Origin: Bacillus sp. OV322
Lineage (GTDB): Bacteria > Bacillota > Bacilli > Bacillales > DSM-1321
Assembly: GCF_900112495.1 (NCBI RefSeq)
Contig: NZ_FOMA01000003.1
Coordinates: 123,510 to 147,509 of the forward strand
Direction of reading: 5' to 3'
Length of the DNA: 24,000 bases
The position numbers and the translations under genes were made by a program. This document shows, piece by piece, positions 10,436 to 17,725 of the stretch (positions are counted from its first letter, which is position 1; each line of letters opens with the position of its first letter). The notes below the pieces were generated by a model. The model was not told the origin of the DNA and ran no database searches. It saw only the letters and a program-made list of their open reading frames with translations.

Positions 10436-10806
10436 ATGAATGAGTATAGAAGAACAAACACAACCGTATCATTAATTAACTATCATTTTGTCTTTTGTCC
10501 TCGATACAGAAGAAAAATATTCATTCGTGGTGATGTAGAGACACGCTTCAAACAGTTGGTAAAGGAAATATGTATGTTTCTAAACGTCCTGCCAACACTT
10601 AGCCCTGCCGATACGATGGCAAAAATTAAAGGAGTGACATCAAAAAGTTGAGAGAGGAATTTCCTCATCTTCAACACCTGCCAAGTTTATGGACACGTTC
10701 GTATTTCGTTTCTACCGTAGGAAATGTATCAAGCGAAACCATCAAGCAATATGGGAACAACAAAAAACAAGGGAGTGAAACAATGCTGCAAACGCTAACA
10801 GTCTAG
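10436..10806 (+). pseudogene. tnpA: IS200/IS605 Y1 transposase TnpA, inactivated
   Basis: The N-terminus MNEYRRTNTTVSLINYHFVFCPRYRRKIF is typical TnpA. After ..LVKEIC the HUH (HxH) segment is missing, indicating an internal deletion. The frame then shifts at the A-run near 10641-10645 (..KGVTSK|KLREEFPHLQHL) and again near 10678-10681 (PSLWTRSYFVSTVGNVSSETIKQY). Confidence 0.85.
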
Positions 10807-10812
10807 ATTAAA

Positions 10813-11859
10813 TTGCTTCCAACTAAAGAACAAATTCAATTATTAAAACAAAGCAGCCACGAATACATTAAAGTGATTAACACACTTGTAATAGAAATGG
10901 TTGAAGCAAAGAAAAGCACAAAGAAAACAACAAAAGATGTGCCTGCAATTCTGCCGAGTGCGGTTAAAAATCAAGCGATTAAAGACGCTAAAAGTGTGTT
11001 CCAAAAAGTAAAAAAAGCTAAATATCAAATCGTACCTGTATTAAAGAAACCTGTTTGCGTCTGGAACAATCAAAACTATTCTTTTGACTTCACGCATATT
11101 TCGATTGCGTTTATAGTGAACGGCAAATCAACTCGCTTGAAGGTTCGAGCGTTGCTCGTAGATAAAGATAACCGTAATTTTGATTTGTTGAAACACAAAT
11201 TAGGCACACTTCGTATCACGAAAAAATCAAATAAGTGGATTGCCCAAATATCTGTCACCATCCCTCTAGATGAGAAACCAGGGACCAAAATTATGGGTGT
11301 AGATTTAGGTTTAAAAGTCCCTGCTGTTGCCGTGACAGATGATGAAAAAGTACGTTTCTTTGGCAATGGCAAGCAAAATAAATATATGAAGCGGAAGTTT
11401 CGCACCGCACGCAAGAAATTAGGCATTAAAAAGAAATTGAGTGCAATTCGACAACTTGATGATAAAGAACAAAAATGGATGAAAGACCAAGATCATAAAG
11501 TAAGTCGTGCAATCGTCGATTTCGCAAAAGACCATAATATTTCTGTCATTCGTTTAGAACAACTAACGAATATCAGACAGACGGCAAGAACAAGCCGTAA
11601 AAACGAAAAAAATCTCCACACCTGGTCATTTTATCGCTTGGCTCAATTTATTGAATACAAAGCAGCTCTAGTCGGCATTCGCGTAGAATACGTGAACCCC
11701 GCCTACACAAGTCAAACGTGCCCAACTTGTACAGAAAAGAATAAAGCCAAGGACAGAAAATATGTTTGTAATTGCGGATTCAACAAACACAGAGATCTAG
11801 TCGGTGCAATGAATATTCGTTATGCACCTGTGGTTGATGGTGACAGTCAACCAGCCTAA
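10813..11859 (+). CDS. tnpB: TnpB-family RNA-guided endonuclease (IS605 OrfB), with original N-terminus interrupted by an in-frame TAG
   Basis: 348-codon open frame with the RuvC triad contexts GVDLGLK, IRLEQL and HRDLVGAMNI, and zinc finger CPTC..CNCG. The ancestral start is ATG 10783 after GGGAG: MLQTLTV-TAG(10804-10806)-IKLLPTKEQ. TTG 10813 has no RBS. Confidence 0.85.
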   Translation: MLPTKEQIQLLKQSSHEYIKVINTLVIEMVEAKKSTKKTTKDVPAILPSAVKNQAIKDAKSVFQKVKKAKYQIVPVLKKPVCVWNNQNYSFDFTHISIAFIVNGKSTRLKVRALLVDKDNRNFDLLKHKLGTLRITKKSNKWIAQISVTIPLDEKPGTKIMGVDLGLKVPAVAVTDDEKVRFFGNGKQNKYMKRKFRTARKKLGIKKKLSAIRQLDDKEQKWMKDQDHKVSRAIVDFAKDHNISVIRLEQLTNIRQTARTSRKNEKNLHTWSFYRLAQFIEYKAALVGIRVEYVNPAYTSQTCPTCTEKNKAKDRKYVCNCGFNKHRDLVGAMNIRYAPVVDGDSQPA

Positions 11860-12030
11860 GATGCTACACGCACTGTCTTAGGAGGGGTAATGAGATACCC
11901 TCACCTTGAAGGCTGTTCAAAACAGAAATGGACTGCGAACGATAAGTCATTCAAGAATCCCACCCGCCACACAGCAAGGTGTAGGGCTTGCGGCTTTAGC
12001 CGTGGGAGTCTCAAATACGTAATAAGTAGG
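11830..12030 (+). ncRNA. putative omega-RNA (right-end element RNA) of TnpB
   Basis: By analogy with characterised TnpB systems, the guide RNA derives from the tnpB 3' end plus RE. Hairpins lie at 11882-11903, 11914-11926 and 11987-12006, with long-range TCCCAC (11958-11963) / GTGGGA (12002-12007). The guide would be the flank from 12015. The extent is not determinable from sequence alone. Confidence 0.35.
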
Positions 12031-12073
12031 TAGGCAGGAAAAGTGAAAGGAGGAGCTGCTTCTGAAAAAGGCA

Positions 12074-13369
12074 TTGGTGTTCTTTTTATTTCTGTTCATT
12101 CTAATCCCCTCATATTTTTCTTCACATCAAGCTGAGGCTAAAGGCAAGCCGGTTTATATTGTCCCTATTGAAAATACTGTTGAAGACGGTTTGTATGTCT
12201 TTTTGTCCCGTGCTCTGGACAAGGCAGAAAAGGATCATGCCAGTCTTGTAATCTTTGAAATCAATACGCCTGGCGGTCTGGTGGATTCTGCCGGGAAAAT
12301 AGCGAAAATTCTGGGAAATACACCTCTTAAAACCGTTGCATATGTGAATAACCGTGCATTATCGGCTGGCGCCTATATTGCGCTTAATGCGGATCAAATT
12401 TATATGGTTCCAAGTGGCGTTATGGGGGCAGCGGCTGTTATCGATTCTGCTGGGAATACGGCAGGGAAAAAGGCGCAGTCATACTGGCTGGCAGCCATGA
12501 AAACGGCTGCTGAACAAAATGGGCGCAACCCTCTTTACGCTCAGGCGATGGCAGATGAAAATGTTGATTTGCCTGAATATGGAGCTGAAAAAGGAAAACT
12601 TCTCACCTTTACCTCGTCACAGGCTGAAAAAGCTGGCTATAGTGAAGGGACTGTTTCAGGAAAAAATGAACTATATGAAAAGTTGGATATCACTGCTGCA
12701 GATGTGAGGCCAATCGATGAAAATGTTGGTGATAAACTGGCGAGATTCATCACAAATCCGGTCGTAGTCCCGATTCTTTTGACTATTGCTTTACTTGGCA
12801 TTGTAATTGAATTATTTACGCCGGGATTTGGTATTCCTGGCATCATTGGAACCATCTCCATTGTGCTGTTTTTCTATGGCCATCTTGTTGCCGGAATGGC
12901 TGGTTATGAATCTATCGGCTTATTTGCAGCGGGAGTCGTCCTTTTGCTTCTCGAGCTGTTTGTGCCTGGAGGGGTCATTGGCGCCTTTGGGCTGGCCGCT
13001 ATCGTCGGCAGCTTATTTTTGGCCGCAGAAAGTGCTGTTGCCATGGCCATTTCACTGTTAATTGCACTGGCGGTATCCGTTATTGCAGCCATACTATTTG
13101 TAAAGGTGTTTGGTAAAGAAATGAAATTTTTCAAAAAAATCATTTTGAATGATTCAACGAATACAGAACAAGGATATATTTCGAGTCCGGACCGCTCCGA
13201 CCTTCTCGGGCAAACGGGCATGACCCTTACAGATCTGCGCCCTGCCGGCACTGTGCTTATCCAGGAGGAAAGGGTAGATGTGGTGACAGAAGGCGGGTTT
13301 ATTTCAAAAAACTCGGCTGTCAGGGTCGTTAAAACAGAAGGATCGCGAATTGTTGTAAGAGAGATATAA
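12074..13369 (+). CDS. nfeD: NfeD-family membrane-bound serine protease (YqeZ-like)
   Basis: 431 aa with a signal/anchor, a ClpP-like protease domain (FEINTPGG, NRALSAGAYIAL), multiple TM helices and a C-terminal NfeD OB-fold. It lies upstream of floA as in B. subtilis yqeZ-yqfA. The start is uncertain; see the finding on CTG 12062. Confidence 0.88.
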   Translation: MVFFLFLFILIPSYFSSHQAEAKGKPVYIVPIENTVEDGLYVFLSRALDKAEKDHASLVIFEINTPGGLVDSAGKIAKILGNTPLKTVAYVNNRALSAGAYIALNADQIYMVPSGVMGAAAVIDSAGNTAGKKAQSYWLAAMKTAAEQNGRNPLYAQAMADENVDLPEYGAEKGKLLTFTSSQAEKAGYSEGTVSGKNELYEKLDITAADVRPIDENVGDKLARFITNPVVVPILLTIALLGIVIELFTPGFGIPGIIGTISIVLFFYGHLVAGMAGYESIGLFAAGVVLLLLELFVPGGVIGAFGLAAIVGSLFLAAESAVAMAISLLIALAVSVIAAILFVKVFGKEMKFFKKIILNDSTNTEQGYISSPDRSDLLGQTGMTLTDLRPAGTVLIQEERVDVVTEGGFISKNSAVRVVKTEGSRIVVREI

Positions 13370-13396
13370 AATAAACAATCTTGACTAACAGGAAGG

Positions 13397-14398
13397 ATGA
13401 AGACGTTGGAAATGACTTCTGGAACAATTTTTTTATTGCTGATTATTGTGGCTGCAGTTATTGTTTTAGCTGTTCTGCTTACTTTTGTGCCAGTTATGCT
13501 CTGGATCTCGGCCCTTGCGGCAGGAGTGAAAATCAGCATATTCACGCTTGTGGGAATGAGGCTGCGCCGTGTTATTCCTAGCAGGGTGGTTAATCCTCTG
13601 ATCAAGGCTCATAAAGCGGGGCTTAGTGTAACGACAAACCAGCTGGAAAGCCATTATCTTGCAGGAGGGAACGTAGACCGGGTGGTAAATGCACTTATCG
13701 CTGCCCAGCGCGCGAATATCGAGCTTCCTTTTGAGCGTAGCGCTGCCATTGACCTGGCCGGCCGTGATGTATTGCAGGCTGTACAAATGAGTGTTAATCC
13801 TAAGGTCATCACGACTCCGTTCATAGCAGGGGTGGCGATGGACGGAATTGAAGTAAAGGCGATTGCACGGATTACTGTACGTGCGAATATTGACAGGCTG
13901 GTAGGGGGTGCGGGTGAGGAAACCGTCATAGCCCGTGTCGGCGAAGGCATTGTATCGACCATTGGTTCTTCTGAGAATCATAAAAAGGTACTGGAAAACC
14001 CTGACATCATTTCAAGGACCGTTCTATCTAAAGGGCTGGATTCCGGTACGGCATTCGAAATTTTGTCAATTGATATTGCTGATGTTGAAATCGGCAAAAA
14101 TATCGGTGCCATCCTGCAGACAGACCAGGCAGAGGCGGATAAAAAGATTGCTCAGGCAAAAGCGGAGGAGCGCCGCGCTATGGCTGTGGCACTTGAACAG
14201 GAGATGCTTGCACGCGTGCAGGAAATGAGAGCTAAAGTGGTGGAATCAGAAGCTGAGGTGCCTTTAGCTATGTCTGATGCATTAAAGAATGGAAACATTG
14301 GCATTATGGATTATATGAACTATCAAAATCTTTCTGCAGATACAGATATGAGAAATTCTATCAGCAATGGGACTAAAGATCCTAAAGATAAAAAGTAA
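13397..14398 (+). CDS. floA: flotillin-like protein FloA
   Basis: 333 aa, near-identical over long stretches to B. subtilis FloA/YqfA as recalled ([74 protein letters not shown]). The alternative start ATG 13412 gives a B. subtilis-like length. Confidence 0.95.
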   Translation: MKTLEMTSGTIFLLLIIVAAVIVLAVLLTFVPVMLWISALAAGVKISIFTLVGMRLRRVIPSRVVNPLIKAHKAGLSVTTNQLESHYLAGGNVDRVVNALIAAQRANIELPFERSAAIDLAGRDVLQAVQMSVNPKVITTPFIAGVAMDGIEVKAIARITVRANIDRLVGGAGEETVIARVGEGIVSTIGSSENHKKVLENPDIISRTVLSKGLDSGTAFEILSIDIADVEIGKNIGAILQTDQAEADKKIAQAKAEERRAMAVALEQEMLARVQEMRAKVVESEAEVPLAMSDALKNGNIGIMDYMNYQNLSADTDMRNSISNGTKDPKDKK

Positions 14399-14411
14399 GG
14401 GAGGCGTTTAG

Positions 14412-14894
14412 ATGCATTCCTTAACCGATTTGATCTTAAATAATATCTGGAGCATTATTGTTCTGATTGGAATCATTTCTTCTGCTGCCGGGAAAATAAA
14501 AAAAAGCACAGAAAAGCATTCGGCTGAAGGGCATAATAACCGGAAGCGAATAAGCAGGAAAGAACCTGCAGGGATGCAGGAGGAAGTATACGAGAAACAA
14601 CAGGTGCAAAAACCCCTTTCTGAAGCATTAAGGGATGAAAGCGCCCGGGAAGAACTTGCGAGACTTTCGCAGCAGGACGCCGCAATACGTCAAAGGCGAA
14701 TGGCGGAAAAAATGATGTCTGTGCGCCCGTCAGCTATCAGAGATGAATCCAGCCCGGTGTATAGGCAGGATTTAGCCTTTACAAGGGAAAAACTCGCGGA
14801 AGGGATTATACTTGCCGAAGTTCTGGGTCCGCCTAGATCGAAGCGTACACTTCGGCAGGTGCGCAGTACTGCGGGTCATGGCCGGCGAGGATAG
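14412..14894 (+). CDS. yqfB: YqfB-like membrane-anchored protein of the nfeD-floA operon
   Basis: 160 aa with an N-terminal TM helix, a charged middle and a conserved-looking C-terminus (LAEGIILAEVLGPPRSKR). AGGGAGG RBS. Its position after floA matches B. subtilis yqfB. Confidence 0.75.
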   Translation: MHSLTDLILNNIWSIIVLIGIISSAAGKIKKSTEKHSAEGHNNRKRISRKEPAGMQEEVYEKQQVQKPLSEALRDESAREELARLSQQDAAIRQRRMAEKMMSVRPSAIRDESSPVYRQDLAFTREKLAEGIILAEVLGPPRSKRTLRQVRSTAGHGRRG

Positions 14895-14903
14895 AAAAAA
14901 TTG

Positions 14904-14932
14904 TGCTAGAACCCCTTTTCATTTCATACATT
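14904..14932 (+). promoter_or_regulatory. candidate sigma-E promoter for yqfC-yqfD
   Basis: CATACATT at 14925-14932 matches the sigma-E -10 consensus CATACA-T exactly. The -35 region (TGCTAGA, 14904-14910) is only a weak match. yqfC-yqfD belong to the sigma-E regulon in B. subtilis. Confidence 0.4.
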
Positions 14933-14956
14933 GAGATGAAAGGGGGTTCTTTTTTT
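14909..14956 (+). terminator. rho-independent terminator of the nfeD-floA-yqfB operon
   Basis: 14-bp stem GAACCCCTTTTCAT (14909-14922) / ATGAAAGGGGGTTC (14936-14949) with one G-U pair, a 13-nt loop and then 7 T (14950-14956). Confidence 0.9.
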
Positions 14957-15241
14957 ATGGCGCGAAAATGGGGGCAGAAACTAAAACGGCTAATGGTGCA
15001 GACCATGGACCTACCGCAAGATGTCATGATGGACCTGCCGCGCATTACAATTATTGGCCAATTACATATTTATATAGAAAATCACAGAGGACTCCTGACT
15101 TTTACAGATACAGAAGTAAGGCTGATGTTGAAAAAGGGGCAGCTTTTGATAAAAGGAAATGCCTTTGTTATTAAAACGATTTTACCTGAAGAAATCATGC
15201 TTCAAGGAACGATAGATAAGGTTTATTTTATCAATGAGTGA
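14957..15241 (+). CDS. yqfC: sporulation protein YqfC
   Basis: The true start is ATG 14957 (MARKWGQKLKRLMVQTMDLPQDVMMDLPRITIIGQLHIYIENHRGLLTF), which is the YqfC family signature. 94 aa. The track ORF start at 14903 lies inside the terminator. Confidence 0.9.
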   Translation: MARKWGQKLKRLMVQTMDLPQDVMMDLPRITIIGQLHIYIENHRGLLTFTDTEVRLMLKKGQLLIKGNAFVIKTILPEEIMLQGTIDKVYFINE

Positions 15242-15259
15242 GCTTGGGGGAGGAGACCC

Positions 15260-16447
15260 ATGAAAAATCAATGGACAAACAAGTATAAGGGCTATGTCAA
15301 GGTAAAAGCGTATGGCCGGGGGATAGAGCGTCTTATTAATACGCTGACCAAACAGGGCATTCCGATATGGGATGTCAGGCGCTCGGGAACAGATGAAATC
15401 CTTTTTTTGATGGAATTCAAGGAGATTTCCCGGCTCAGGCAGGCGGTAAGGAAAAGTGACTGCAAGGTGAAATTCGAAGGAGGATTCGGAGGGCCGTTTT
15501 TTTTGAAACGCATGAAAAAAAACAGCGGATTTGTTGCAGGCCTTTTTGCTTTTTTGTTTTGCATTTTCATGCTGTCGAATATGGTTTGGGGCATACAGAT
15601 TCATAATGCCAAGCCCCAGACCGAGCATGCTATCCGCAAAGAGCTGGACAGGATGGGAGTCAAGATCGGCAAGGTGCAATTTTTTGTGGATGATCCGGAG
15701 ACCATCCAGCGCAAATTATCGGACCGTATCAGTGCCTTGACATGGGTGGGAGTGGAACTGAAGGGGACAACCTTCCATTTCCAGGTTGTAGAAAAGAAAC
15801 AGCCTAAAGCTGTGAAAAAAACTTCTCCGCAAAACCTGATTGCCTCAAAAAAAGCTGTTATTACTTATATGTTTGTGGAAAAGGGACAATCTATGGTTAA
15901 AGTGCATGATTATGTGGGCAAGGGACAACTGCTGGTCTCCGGCTTCATCGGAAACCCTGAAAGTCCGAAGATTGTTCCGGCAAAAGGAGTAATCATGGGT
16001 GAAACGTGGTATAGAGCTACAGCAGAGGTTCCTTTGGCAACTAAGTTCTCCGTCTATAACGGAGACGAAAATGTCCGGCACTATCTGAAGCTATGGAATA
16101 TCTCCATTCCTGTCTGGGGATTTAAAAATCCCGGATATAAGAAATATGTAGAAGAAGAAACAGTCAAGCCTTTTCATTTCCTCCAATGGGAACTCCCTTT
16201 TTCCTATAAAGTAAAAACAAAGCGGAGCAAAGAGGAAATTACCCGCACTTATACGGAAAAAGAAGCAGTGGCAAAGGCAATGGCAGATGCAAAAAAACAT
16301 TTGGAGAAAAAGCTACCTGAGGATGCCAGGATAACTGGGGAGAAAATTTTGCATGAAAGCATAGACAATGGTAAAGTAAAATTATCTATTCATTACCAGG
16401 TAATTGAAAATATTGCAGCTGGACAACCAATCATTCAAGGAGACTAA
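15260..16447 (+). CDS. yqfD: sporulation protein YqfD
   Basis: 395 aa with one central TM segment. Length and position after yqfC match B. subtilis YqfD. GGGAGGAG RBS. Confidence 0.88.
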   Translation: MKNQWTNKYKGYVKVKAYGRGIERLINTLTKQGIPIWDVRRSGTDEILFLMEFKEISRLRQAVRKSDCKVKFEGGFGGPFFLKRMKKNSGFVAGLFAFLFCIFMLSNMVWGIQIHNAKPQTEHAIRKELDRMGVKIGKVQFFVDDPETIQRKLSDRISALTWVGVELKGTTFHFQVVEKKQPKAVKKTSPQNLIASKKAVITYMFVEKGQSMVKVHDYVGKGQLLVSGFIGNPESPKIVPAKGVIMGETWYRATAEVPLATKFSVYNGDENVRHYLKLWNISIPVWGFKNPGYKKYVEEETVKPFHFLQWELPFSYKVKTKRSKEEITRTYTEKEAVAKAMADAKKHLEKKLPEDARITGEKILHESIDNGKVKLSIHYQVIENIAAGQPIIQGD

Positions 16448-16450
16448 CGA

Positions 16451-17413
16451 ATGCCAGAAGATGTAAAAGTAATAAACTTAGAGCTCGAATCGCCTAATGA
16501 AGCCCAGGCTTTACTGGGAAATGCTGATTCTAATTTAAAAGTGCTTGAAGAAGAGTTTAATGTATCGGTCATTACACGCGGCGGCGGCATCATGATTGCG
16601 GGAGAGGAAGAACGGGCGCTCGTTGCCGGCGATATCCTTAACGCTTTGCTTTCAGTTATCCGAAAAGGGATTTCCATCAGCTCGCGGGATGTTATTTATG
16701 CCATTGAGCTTTCAAAAAAAGGAACGCTTGAATACTTTGGCGATCTTTACGAAGAGGAAATTGCAAAAACGGCCAAAGGCAAATCCATCAGGGTCAAAAC
16801 CATCGGCCAAAGGCATTATGTGCATGCGATTAAAAAACAGGATTTAGTATTCGGAATCGGACCAGCGGGAACGGGGAAAACCTACTTAGCTGTCGTAATG
16901 GCGGTCAATGCCTTAAAAAATGGCCAGGTTAAACGGATTATTTTAACACGGCCTGCAGTAGAGGCGGGCGAGAGTCTTGGTTTTCTTCCAGGTGACCTAA
17001 AGGAAAAGGTAGATCCCTATCTCCGGCCGTTATACGATGCCCTTCATGACTTTTTAGGCATGGAACAGACCCAAAGAATGATTGAACGGGGAACCATTGA
17101 AATTGCTCCCCTTGCATATATGAGGGGAAGAACGCTGGATGATGCATTTGTCATCCTCGATGAAGCACAGAATACCACCCAGGCGCAAATGAAGATGTTC
17201 CTGACGCGGCTTGGCTTTGGATCAAAAATGGTCATCACTGGAGACAGAACACAGATAGACCTTCCTAAAGGCGTAAAATCAGGCTTAAAACGGGTTGAGG
17301 AAATTTTAAAGGGTGTTAAAGGACTTTCTTTCACCTACCTGGAACAAAGCGATGTTGTCCGGCACCCGCTTGTTGCGAAAATCATCACCGCCTATGACGA
17401 AGCAAACGAATAA
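16451..17413 (+). CDS. phoH: PhoH-family ATPase
   Basis: 320 aa with Walker A GPAGTGKTYLAV, Walker B-like FVILDEAQN, and GDRTQIDLP, typical of PhoH/YbeZ. Confidence 0.95.
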   Translation: MPEDVKVINLELESPNEAQALLGNADSNLKVLEEEFNVSVITRGGGIMIAGEEERALVAGDILNALLSVIRKGISISSRDVIYAIELSKKGTLEYFGDLYEEEIAKTAKGKSIRVKTIGQRHYVHAIKKQDLVFGIGPAGTGKTYLAVVMAVNALKNGQVKRIILTRPAVEAGESLGFLPGDLKEKVDPYLRPLYDALHDFLGMEQTQRMIERGTIEIAPLAYMRGRTLDDAFVILDEAQNTTQAQMKMFLTRLGFGSKMVITGDRTQIDLPKGVKSGLKRVEEILKGVKGLSFTYLEQSDVVRHPLVAKIITAYDEANE

Positions 17414-17416
17414 AAA

Positions 17417-17457
17417 GGGAAATCCGCCGCACATTATATGCTGGCGGATTTTTCTTT
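17417..17457 (+). terminator. terminator-like hairpin after phoH
   Basis: AAATCCGCC (17420-17428) / GGCGGATTT (17443-17451), followed by TTCTTTC. Confidence 0.6.
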
Positions 17458-17567
17458 CCCGGCATAAGTAGGATGAAATAAATTCTTAAAACTGTTATGA
17501 TTTTACATAATCAGATTTTGACAGCGAAAGATAATATCAACCATGCTTTGCTGTGACTAGTGCTTAT

Positions 17568-17710
17568 GGGGCACTTAATGCTTTTCTATGTCTAGCGCAG
17601 TGCCCAGTCTCCTGTGCAAAAGATGATTGCCCCGTGAAGCCAAAGGGCGGCATCGCGGTTCAATCCCTATTTGCTTTGGAGCCTGAACGGGCACTTAATG
17701 CTTTTCTATT
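17568..17710 (+). repeat. structured intergenic repeat, short form (R2), bounded by a perfect 21-nt direct repeat
   Basis: GGGCACTTAATGCTTTTCTAT occurs at 17569-17589 and 17689-17709, exactly 120 bp apart. The core 17615-17679 shares the ordered blocks AAAAGATG, GTTCAAT and CCTATTTGCTT with R1 at near-identical spacing. Confidence 0.65.
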
Positions 17711-17725
17711 TACGGAGGTGGTTTT

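Larger units (their letters stand above)
10317..12014 (+). mobile_element. decayed IS200/IS605-family insertion sequence (tnpA relic plus tnpB)
   Basis: A Y1-transposase relic is followed by a TnpB ORF. Subterminal imperfect hairpins with TTTA loops lie at both ends: LE 10337-10355 and RE 11987-12006. TTAC lies at 10313-10316, 20 nt 5' of the LE hairpin. TCAA lies at 12011-12014, 8 nt 3' of the RE hairpin. This geometry resembles IS608, and the boundaries are inferred from that analogy. Confidence 0.75.

Noticed and set aside
10040-10806. A REP/BIME array with an associated RAYT (Y1 transposase), forming a REPtron
   Set aside because: The adjacent Y1 transposase relic belongs to a classical tnpA-tnpB IS605 unit with its own LE/RE hairpins. 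Matching inverted REP clusters do not flank it on the right side. The co-location is better explained as IS insertion next to a pre-existing repeat. It cannot be fully excluded without genome-wide copy data.
12904-13605. 233-aa minus-strand ORF
   Set aside because: It is entirely antisense to the well-supported nfeD and floA genes. Its Thr/Ser/Ile-rich, low-complexity translation is typical of a shadow frame. The same applies to 15182-15679(-), 8050-8463(-), 1518-1949(-), 13466-13981(-) and the other antisense or overlapping short ORFs in the track.
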